A stretch of DNA of 64,000 nt from contig NC_087437.1 of assembly GCF_036321535.1 (NCBI RefSeq), positions 97,156,001-97,220,000 of the forward strand, given 5' to 3'. The notes under the pieces are model-generated. The model was not told the DNA's origin. It worked only from the letters and a program-made list of their open reading frames with translations, and did no database searches. The position numbers and the translations under genes are program-made. Each line of letters opens with the position of its first letter. The first letter of the stretch is position 1. Origin of the DNA: Camelus dromedarius. Its lineage: Eukaryota. Positions 53,561-64,000 of the stretch are shown here, piece by piece.

Positions 53561-54576
53561 CCATCTACCCTTATTTTATTTTACAAATATTTTTGAAGTA
53601 TCAAAGCATTTGAAAAAAATTGTTTCTACATAAACTACATCATCACTTTTCTATTAAGGATTTTAAGCATGTTTCTGTTTCCTAGACTAATGCACATAAG
53701 TAAATTTATTTCCTAAGTTAGATGAAAAAACTCTTTTATAGCCTGATCCCATTTACAAAGAGACAATGCAATTTACTAAATGGTGCCCCTGTGACCTGAA
53801 AGGTTAATTCAGATCAAACATGCAAGTAGTTTTTAATCTTTGTTGAGAAGTTGATTCACTGTGTAATATGGAACTCTAGTGACCTGCATCGGGACAAGGT
53901 CTACCTGCTCATGTAGAAACAGTTAAGTTTACCCATATTTTCTTTCAGCCATCTTCTCAAGCTAAATTTGAGTCTAAATTCAGATCTAAAACTTACAAAC
54001 AAGGGGCTGAAGCCAAGGTATGCAACCCCTTGACAGCAAGCTATCGTAAAATCACACATTTAGGAGAGGCAAGAGTGGACAGTCGAGACCACTGAAGAAA
54101 ACAAAGAGTAAGCCTGTATAGAGATTCTGTTATGCAACATAGATTCCCTTCATTTCTAGCCCATTGTTACACACATTAGTCTGTCATGTAAACAGGTACT
54201 TAGAAAAATGAACTTCAAGTTTTAGGTGGTCAATATGTACACGTCAGGAAGCAAGAACTGGGAATAGCTGGCACAAAGAGAAGACAAAAAGAAACCTCAG
54301 AAGGATCACAGTAATCATATCCAGAGAAAGTGTAAAAATTGGGGACTAAATAGGACTTTCATGACAAAATCAGGTAAACATTGTTATTCACAGCTATTAA
54401 TATCTGTCCCAACCCCATACTGATTTTTGAGAATAATGTTCCAGAGACAGATTACCAATTTTAAAATATATTGTTTTGGAGAATATGTCAAATCTCATTT
54501 TCTATTAAATACTAATGAATTTTAAACCCCCTCAGACTTTGCCATCTCATGTTCTCTATCAGAAATATCATGTCTA

Positions 54577-54767
54577 CTGCAGGCTTCTCCATGGTGAACA
54601 TCAAAATTACTGGCGATATTTTTAAATGATGAAAGTACTCACATCACCCTCACTCCACCCACCTAAGATCTGAGTCAATAGGTTGGGGATGGAACATGGG
54701 TATCTGAATTTTAAACAGCAGCTCTTTAAGTAATTCTAAGATGCATCTAGCATTGAGAAACACTGCT
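54577..54767. mobile_element. MER5-like hAT-Charlie element
   Basis: gatctgagtcaataggttggggatgg...gtatctgaattttaaac...gtaattctaagatgc...ttgagaaacactg. Confidence 0.7.
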
Positions 54768-57700
54768 TCTTGAGTATAAAAGTAATACAGACCATCATAT
54801 TAATATCAAGGTGTGGTATGATCATCTTGATCGAGATCTGATGGTGACATACAAAACTAATTCACCAGCATTTTCAATAGTCCCCTCACTCCAAACCTGC
54901 TCTTCCTGGTTCATATTTTATATGTACTTATTGGAAGAGTAGTCAAAAACTGATATCACTGGAAATAAATGGTCTGTTTGCAATCTAGAGAGAAAAAAAT
55001 TAACCTATTCAATGGGCATGTTGAACCTTCTTTTGGCCATTGTTCTCAGTAACTCCAGTTATATGAGCACAAAGTTCACTGCAGAACAGAGACTGCTGTC
55101 TCCCCAAACATTGCTGCCTATTGGAGGCCCAGTAGGAAATTTTCACTTATTATTAAAATCAAGGTATAAGTAAATACCCCAATATGGGTAGGGTTAAAGA
55201 AAACAAAGGTTGAATTTGTTTGTTACAATATTTTCTTAAATTTGATATTTATCCCCTCAGTTGGAAAAGATTCAACAATTTAATAGATATTTTACACTTA
55301 GCTTTGGTGCGAAACCAGTTATGCCCCAAATAATCTCATCACTTTCCTGCTGATAAAAGCTATTAAATATCAGCATGAATTTCTTGACCAACTCCAGGGG
55401 TTGAACACAAACTATTTCTTGTCAGTTCCCTACTCTTTATACATATGAAACATCCTTTACTCATTGGTGATAGTTTTTTATATTTAAGCATATGGAATGA
55501 AATGACAGTTTTCTGTAGAGATATAAAATAATTCTGATTTGTGCTTTTTAAAAAGAAAATAACTTCTATCAATTAGAATTGGTAATATTCAGTTGGAGAA
55601 AATGTGAAATTCTACTATAGAAAAATTATTAAATTGGAAAGTAATTGGAATTTCTTAGACAAAGATACAACTGGTTGAAGTATAGTCTTCATAGCAAATT
55701 AATAAGAAATGTTTTAACTGGAAATATGAAAATTAATATTTTAATATGGATATAAAGCAATAAAAATGGTTCTATATGAATTATGTATATTTATTAGTGC
55801 ATATAGCCATTTTAGTGCTAATTATTATCTTAAATGTGTGTTAGAACAATCCATTTAATGAAACATAAATTAGGTTTTGTTTTCAACTTTTTAGGCTAAC
55901 ATCATACACAGAATTACACTAACATTGGCATTATTTAAACACATCAGGTTATAATTTTAATTCTATATGTAGTTAGGCCTTTTCTAACTAGCACAAATTA
56001 AATAGATGAAAATTTTATTCTTAATAACGTAACAATATTATTCAAAGGATTTCAAAAAGGCTAAATGTGAATGACATCATATATAGTCAACTACGGTAAT
56101 TTCCCTCAAATAAAATAATGATTTCTTCAGAGAGGCAGTATTTTAAGTATTTATCTTACCTATCAATAGATGACGCTTTTAATAATATACTAAAACAGAG
56201 ACTGTATTTGGTTTAGCGTATTTCAGGTAAGATCATAGAGGAACGGTTAGCTTAACCACTGATTATAGTATTTTCTTGATTCCAAATGCAAAGGACTTTC
56301 CACCTGCTGGTATATCACTATTACTAAAACAAAAACCCATCAGAATTAGTTGTTCTACACTGAATATCAAATGAACATCCCATAATGAATATAATCATAT
56401 AACATCGGAAGCAGCTATTCAATACAATTTGCCAGGATTTAGCTACATGATTCCCATTACCATTAATAAAATATGAGGCTAAATCGTCTTGATGCATTTG
56501 ACCCTCAGAACATCAGGTTTTCTACTTTCAGGGAAAAAATACAACATTGCACAACATTTCCCTCAATAGAGAGAGACAATAAATCCTTATCATTGTAACA
56601 CAGTGTGATCCAGTTTTACAGTTTCCTTTGTGGAGCAAAGGAGTGACACACAGGTAGTTCATTTAGAAGATCTTGATTGCCCTGGATAGAAAAGTAGTTC
56701 AGATAATAAAACAAAGCAACTTCACCTGTTTTCCTTGCAGGCCAAGTTAAAAAAAAAGAAAAAAACTGTTGGTAACCCAATTTCATTTGTATTTGTATTA
56801 ATTTGAACAAAGTTTTATTTAATTTAAATATGCACAGATATATGCAACTGCCCGTTAACATCATATTGCTGATTATATAAATACCAAGAATCGTAAGTCA
56901 AGCCACAGTGTTTCTGTGGTTTCTGTGTACCTTTCTGGTTTTCTGGAATTTCATTTTCTTTCAAAAAACAGGTTTGGTGGGAGTATCATTCTGGGCTCAG
57001 AAGAAACACAAATAACTTAACAGTGTGACATTTGATGACACGATATATTTCTTAGCACATATATTGCCATTTTATGGTGATTTCTTTTGTGTTTACTCCC
57101 TCTGTTTACTAGTCCCATCAAACCTGGTGTCAGTAAAGTCTAGAAAACAAAATACATGAGGTTGGGGAAATGAAAATAAGAAAAAAAAAGTGCTACACTA
57201 GTTTTCCTATTATATATACATATATGAGCTTGTGGAAGCATGATTTAAATGTAGTTGCCTAGGTATTTTGAGCAGACATTCTTAAAACTCATAAACAAGG
57301 AGAGAATTGTATTGCACAAAGAGTTACACTGCTCATGAGAAGTAACTTAATTAACTCAAATTCATGAATTTTTTTCCATCAGTAAACTAGGTAACTAACA
57401 TGACTTATAAACTAACTCAATAAACAAATGACAAAACTGATTTAAAGGGTCTTTAAGTATATTTTCAACCAAATGGACTATACACAGTAAATGTGATTAT
57501 TTTTATTTGAGAATTTTCATCATTTTTATGTTACTGTTTAATTTGAAGATCCTTTTGGTATGGTATGTGTCAGAAATCACATACTTGTGAGAAATGTTTC
57601 TTTAAAGTTGATTAATGGGAGTTACAGAAAAATCCCTTTATGGTCTAGACAAAAATAAACTATAAAATCCAAAAAATCACCTGAGATTCTTTTCCACCTA

Positions 57701-58149
57701 GCTGTATTTTTTAATTTAAGTTTGTACTTGCAGAAGGACAGAAAACGTGACTCTGATATTGTCTTCTGCTTGGGACTTCTGTGTCTACAGTCTCTTTTCA
57801 GTGTGACGACTTGTACTATATCCTGATCACTTAGGACTTGCTCATATGATAACTGTCCTTTCCACAGTGATTTTAGTACATTCTTCTTATTATTATCCAC
57901 CCATTTAGGCAAACTATTCTTTCTTAATTTCTTAACTAGCTAAACTCATTTAGAAGAGAAGAGCATAATGGAACTGGAGTCAGAGATGCTCATCTCACTT
58001 TTAACTCCGTAACTAGCAGGGTATAAACCCTTGCCAAATTTGATTTTCATTTGATTATTTGTTTCATTTTATTTTCCCTTTCTCATTCTTAATTTCCTCA
58101 GACATTGAGGGAGTCGAGGAATGGCAGTAGGAAGTACTGGAATGAACAC

Positions 58150-58310
58150 TATAAAAAAAGAGTTACTACATCTCTGTTCTACGCCTGGGTTTCAGCTAAC
58201 AGTATGGCCTGGGGTAAAACACCTAAACTCTTTTAAGGAAGGGTTATCTTATTTGCTCAATGAGTAGATTGAGCTAATTGATTTCTAAGACACTTTTCTG
58301 ATAATATTTT
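58150..58310 (+). mobile_element. MIR fragment
   Basis: cagctaacagtatggcctggggtaaaacacctaaactct...agctaattgatttctaagacactttt. Confidence 0.5.
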
Positions 58311-59602
58311 ACAGCATTAAGTGGTGAGTCTACATCCATTCTAGGTAGAAAGGGCATTTTTTCCTCTAGTCCTGTTTGGATCTACTATTTATTAATGATT
58401 ATGTAAAAAGAACACTGCATCTCTAAATAGTATGTAGTGTTTATGATAATCTAATCATGGTTTGTTATGATCACAATTGCCAGGATTATACTGTATAAAT
58501 AAAATGAGAAATGAGATACGAGACATTACAATCATTACAATCGATACCACAAAAATACAAGGAATTGTAAGGGATTATTATAAACAATTAAATGCCAACA
58601 AATTGGATTACCTGGAAGAAATGGATAAATTCCTAGAAACATATAACCTACAAAAACAGAATCATGAAAAAAAAATATAAAATTTGAATAGGTTTACAGC
58701 TAGTAAGGAAATTGAATCAGTAATCAAAATTTTCCCAACAAAGAAAAGCCCACGTGCAGATGGTTTCACTGGTAAATTCTACCAAACTTTTAAAGAAAAA
58801 TTAATACCAATCCTTCTCAAACCCTTCCAAAAAACTGAAGAGGAGGAAACACTTTCAAACTCGTTTTATGAGGCCACAATTACCCTGATACCAAAGCCAG
58901 ACAAGAACGCTATAAGAAAATAAAATTACAGATCAATAACCCTGATGAACATAGACGTAAAACTTCTCAGCAAAATACCAGCAAACCAAACTCAACAGTA
59001 CCTTAAAAGGATTATAAACCATGATCAAGTTAGATATACCCCTGACATACAAGTACAGTTCAACATATGCAAATCGATAAATGTGATACAGTGCATTAGC
59101 AAAATAAAGGATAAAGATCATATGATCATCTCAATAGCCACAGAAAGAGCATTTAACAGAATTCAACACTCTTTCATGATAATAACTGTCACCAATTAGG
59201 TAAAAAAGGAATGTACCTCAACATAATAAGGCCATATATGACAATCCCACAACTAACACCACACTTAATGGCATGAAGCTAAAAGCTTTTTTTGTAAGAT
59301 CAGGAAAAAGAAAATGATGCCACTATCAATACTTCTATGCAACACAGTAGGAAGTCCTATCCAATTAGGCCAAAGGAAAAAATAAAAGGCATCCAAATCA
59401 GAAAGGAAGAATAAAATTATCGCTGATTATAGATGGTATGATATTACACATGGAAAACTCTAAAGGCTCTACCAAAAAAACTGTTAGAACTAATAAATGA
59501 ATTTATTAAAGGTGCAGGATACAAAATTAATACACAAAGTTAGTTATGTTATTAAACACTAACAATAAACTATTTGAAAGAGAAATTAAGAAACCAATCC
59601 CA

Positions 59603-59696
59603 ACGAGGGGGAGGTTACAGCTCAGCAGCAGAGTGCATGCTCAGCATGCTGGAGATCCTGGGTTCCACCCCCAGTATGTACCTCCATATAAATAAA

Positions 59697-59736
<40 letters not shown>

Positions 59737-59760
59737 CCTAATTACGCACCCCCCCCCCAG
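59603..59760 (+). mobile_element. Vic-1-type camelid tRNA-derived SINE nested in L1
   Basis: ggggaggttacagctcagcagcagagtgcatgctcagcatg...tcctgggttccacccccagta, then aaacctaattac and a C-run; perfect 15-bp TSD aagaaaccaatccca (59588-59602, 59761-59775). Confidence 0.9.
59697..59732. repeat. (TAAG)9 microsatellite inside the SINE
   Basis: Read directly. Confidence 0.97.
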
Positions 59761-62700
59761 AAGAAACCAATCCCATTTACAATAGCATAAAGAACAACAA
59801 CAACAACAACAAACTTAGAAATAAGTTTAACCAAGGAGGTAAAAGACCTATACACTGAAAATAATAAAACACTGATGAAGGAAATTGAAGAAGATGTGAC
59901 TCAGTGGAATGATAGCCTCTATTCTTGCATTGGAATGATTAGCGTTATTAAAATGTTCATACAACTTAAATTGACCAACAAATTCAGTGAAATTCCTATC
60001 AAAATTCTAATAGAATTTTTCACAGAAACAGAAAAAACAAAATTGGAGGCATAACACGCCCAGATTTCAAACTATATTACAAAGCTATAGTAATCAAAAC
60101 AGTATGGTACTGGCATAAACACAGGTACATGAACCTATGGAACAGAATAGGGAGTTCAAAAATAAATCTACACATATGTAGTCAACCACTTTATCTGTAA
60201 TTATCAAGCAATCATTGACAAGTGTGCCAAGAACACACAATGAGGAAAGGTTAGTCTCTCTAATAAATGGTATTGGGAAAATTGGATATCCATCTGCACA
60301 AAGAATGAAACAGGACTCCTATATTACACCACTCACAAACTGGAAATGGACTAAAGACTTAAATGTAAAACCTGAAATCACAAAAATCCTAGAAGAATAC
60401 ATAAAGAACTCCTAATTCCCTGACATAGGTCATGGCAATGATTTTATGAATATGATCCCAAATGCTCAGTCCACAGAAGCAAAAATAAACAAGTGCAACT
60501 ACATCAAACTAAAACACTTCTGGATAGCAAAGGAAACAATCAACAAAATAAATGGCAACTTATAGAATGGCCAAAAATATCTGCAAACCATATATCTGAG
60601 AAGGGGTTAACTACTAAAATATATAAGGACTTCAAAAATCTCAATAGCAAAAAAAAAAAAAAAAAAAATCTTACTTAAAAATGGACAAAGATCCTGATGG
60701 ACATTTTTTCCAGGAAGATATACATATATGGCCAACAGATACATGAAAAGGTTCTCAGTGTCAGGAATCACCAAGAAAAAACAAATCAAAACCACAAAGT
60801 CACCTCACATGTATTAGGATGGCCACTATCAAAATGACATGAGAAGACAAATGTTGGTGGGGCTAAAAAAAAAAATCTCCCTCATACATTGTTGGTGGGA
60901 ATGTAAACTGGTGTAGTCACTATGGAAAACAGTATGGAGGTCCCTCAAAAAGTAAAAAAAAAAGAACTACCCATATGATTTAGCAATCCCTCATCTAGGT
61001 ATATATACGAAAGACCTGAAATCAGTATCTCAGAGATATATGCACTCTCGAGCTCATTGAGGCATTATTCACAACAAGACACAGACAACCTAAGTGTTTG
61101 TCCACAGATGAATGCATAAAGAAAATGTGGTACATGTAGACAATGGAATATTATTCAGCCTGAAAAAAAGAAAGAAAATTTTACACTTGCAACAACATGG
61201 ATGAACCTGCAAGGCATCATAATAAGCAAAACAAGTCAGACAGAGAAAGACAAAAACTAACTCTAAGGCACAATTTATACCTTGAATCAAGTAAAGAGAG
61301 ATGAAATGGAGGGTAGAATAGTAGTTGCCAGAGGTTGAGGGGTGCAGAAAATAGGGAGATATTCATCAAAGGGTACAGATTTTCAGTTATAAGATGAATC
61401 TGTTTTCAGAATGTAATGTACATTCTATATTTAATAATACTTTATTGTATACTTGACATTTGCTAAAAGAGTACATATTAAGTGTTTCCACCATCCACAC
61501 ATACACACAGGAAAGGTAACTATCTGAGGTGATGAATGTGTTAATTAACTTGATTGTAGTAATTGTTTTACAATGTATACATACATTAAATCATCATGTT
61601 GTACACTTTAAATATATACAATTTTATTTGTCAATTATGTAAGAAAGCTGGAACAAATAAACTCTATATAATGCAGGGTTTTATACTGTTGCTCATGATA
61701 TTTTGTAGGAATTGACAACTCAACCTCGACATCATCACAAAGTAGGGACTCTCATCAAGCAAACTAAAGAGAGGGAAGAGAGAAGGTTAATGGAGGAGAT
61801 AATGATGAAGCAGATAATGATTATATATTAGCAGTATCTTCAGATGTCTCAATCTAGAAGCCTGTCAAATCACTTTGTCTAAGGCATGTAAGACCTCGTG
61901 GTCATCATCTCCTCTATAAATCAGTACACTAAAATGCTTGCCTAGAGGAGAGGTCGCAATCCTAGTGCTTCTCTGATTCTGGAAACATTGGTGAAAACTG
62001 GCATTACAAAGATGTCACTAAGAAACTACTAATTTGTTACCTTAACTACTTAAGTTTTTTAGAGTAAATTTTAATTCCAAAGAATATAAGGCACAGAATG
62101 TGAATGACATACTGTTCACTTTTTAATGCCTCCAAATGTAAACATTCTTTTCCCACAAAAATAGTGGAATGTAGACCAATGTTAAATAAAAGCACAGAAC
62201 CATATAATTCTTTCAAAGATACTTGAAACTAACAACTTAAATTTCCCTTAAAGTGGAAGATGGGGCTGATGATTGCAGAAATACAATTCAAAAGGCATAA
62301 AGTAATATGCCTATTTGGTTCATTAAATTACACATTCTCCTGTTATATATATTCAGGTTTGAATTTTTTTAATTTTACAAAATTTTTTACTATTGTTAAT
62401 TCTAACTACTATCTTGTAACTCCAGTACCTGTCCTGATTTGATTTCCCGGAGAGCAAACTTTTTAGAGTAGAACAACATTAATATATTGCTTTGGTATGA
62501 TAGAAAAATAGGCCATTTATCATCTTGTTTTAAGAGAAAGTTCACGGATCAGCTCCTGTATGCTGTTTGTGTGTGAGTTTCCTACACTTTGCATTGCTAA
62601 ATAATTGAGAACATTAGCTCCCAAACCATGAAAAATTCATTTTAACATGATGTATTATTAATCAATTTAATTTAAAGTGATCTGGAAAGTTCCAATTTCA

Positions 62701-63439
62701 GTTGTGAAGCTTGAAGATAAATTCAGGCAGTGGTTGGTACTTATTAAAATTGTGTAACTCTTTATTGCCTGATTTCTATTTTTTTTCAGAAGTGGGTCAA
62801 GCGCTAATGAAAATGGCATAAAAATGACAGGCTAAGCATTTTAGTCTACAAATTTGTTTGCATCTATAAAAGGAAAAAATAAAACAAACTTAGTCAACTT
62901 CATCAATTAGCAATGTTGTGCTGCCACTTTTAAATTCTACACTGATGTGCACACATACATAAAAGTTTATATCTGAAAACCAGTTATGTGCAGATCTTTC
63001 CTCAGTAGAAAATTCTGGCTCATGTTTTGGCTATAAAGTAATTAATGAAAACAGTGCATTTGAGATAAAGTTAGAAGACGAATGATTGCTTGTGTAGTTC
63101 CTGTCACCAACCAATCACCATTTGAGAGTAAAGAAGGGTCTCATTAGCATGTAAACATCCAAAGTCACTGTGATTAATAGTCTTTTTTAAGCCTTTCAGG
63201 CATTTCTGAGAGTTGTACATGTCTCCCAAGTAATCTCTCTTACCTTTCATTCACCCTTAAGACTCTGGATGCCATTTTTGTTCAAGGTTCCATTCATGGC
63301 TCAGAACTACCAATACGGGGAGCCCTTGATGTGCCAAAATTTCACTGGGGCCCTCAATATGCCCTGAAATCATGATGCATCCCACCTATGAAGAAGGTGG
63401 GAGAGTCTGGTCACTTTTTTTCTTATGAAGACAAAAGAC

Positions 63440-63720
63440 ATACTACTTCATTCCCTAATGACTTACAGAGGAGCACGACAGAGAGGCAGAGAGAGAGAAA
63501 AGAGTCTTTCAGGTCTTACTTTTATGAAATCCTCCCTCCACTATTATCATCCCCTTAACCCCGTAACAGCCATGAGGTCACAAAGCCCTGGCCCAGAAAC
63601 ACAGCCAAGCGACAGACAGGATCCTCCCATCAGTATCACCCATACTCTCTCCCGAGACAGTGCTGCTGTGCCAAGGTTCTGTGCTTAACCTCTGCCATTA
63701 AGATAAGTTTTCCCATGACA
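63440..63720 (-). mobile_element. Possible MaLR-type LTR remnant
   Basis: gagagagagaaaagagtc...cttacttttatgaaatcc...ccatgaggtcacaaagccct; weak resemblance only. Confidence 0.3.
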
Positions 63721-64000
63721 GTCTTAAAGTTTTTATGTCTGGAAACTCCTGGAAGATTCAGCCCAGTGGAACTTTCCCCAGTGATCCTAAACCTAGCAGT
63801 AAATAAAAGTCAGTTATGTACAATTTAAAAATGGGGACCATGAGTGCTTATTTTGTAGTTTCAGGTTTTAAGCTAGAAACAAAATTTCCATTTATTAGTA
63901 TAGGGACAAAAAAAAAAAAAAAAGATCAGGAAAGGCAATTTCAGGCATATACTCTCATGGGATGGATAAATATTCCTTTGAGAAAGGGAAAAGAGAAAAT

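Larger units (their letters stand above)
58498..61660 (+). mobile_element. 5'-truncated L1 (L1MA-type): degenerate ORF2 RT and C-terminus plus 3' UTR
   Basis: ORFs: LEEMDKFLETYNL, KSPRADGFTGKFYQTFKE, NSFYEATITLIPKPDK, ICKSINVIQ, DHMIISI; full 3' UTR; possible degraded TSD atactgtata (58488-58497) / aaactctata (61659-61668). Confidence 0.96.

Noticed and set aside
56215..56232. Plus-strand tttCAG|GTAAGA as a recursive splice site
   Set aside because: Competing AG about 10 nt upstream and weak pyrimidine tract; within chance expectation
59607..59680. tRNA gene
   Set aside because: It is the SINE head: TSD-flanked, degraded A/B boxes, SINE tail follows
63150..63220. miR-30-like 5' sequence tgtaaacatcc followed by ctgtga and ctttcag
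   Set aside because: Match stops after 11 nt and there is no complementary ggatgttt arm, so no pre-miRNA hairpin forms
509..63688. The many 60-140 aa ORFs in the track as host genes
   Set aside because: Low complexity or repeat-derived, with no recognisable domains except L1 ORF2; consistent with random ORFs

Overview
AT-rich, CpG-poor mammalian nuclear DNA, most likely camelid (camel, alpaca or llama), judged from a Vic-1-type tRNA-derived SINE at 59.6 kb. It reads as intergenic DNA or deep intron. I recognise no host protein-coding exon, RNA gene, CpG island, numt or prokaryote-type system. The only ORFs with recognisable protein similarity are broken LINE-1 ORF2 pieces (33.0-33.8, 49.6-50.3 and 58.5-61.3 kb). 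The window carries many ancient repeats (L2, MIR, MLT1/LTR16, MER5, MER53), several L1 insertions and motif-dense unique stretches that may be enhancers. Best-supported structures: a young 5'-inverted (twin-primed) L1 with 15-bp TSDs, and a SINE nested in an older L1 with perfect TSDs. More speculative: a composite L1-unique-L1 insertion possibly inside one TSD pair, a second inverted L1, a candidate recursive splice site, and a templated-insertion-like scar. I found no convincing new biological system. Repeat subfamily names and most repeat boundaries were assigned by eye from recalled consensus sequences and are approximate.
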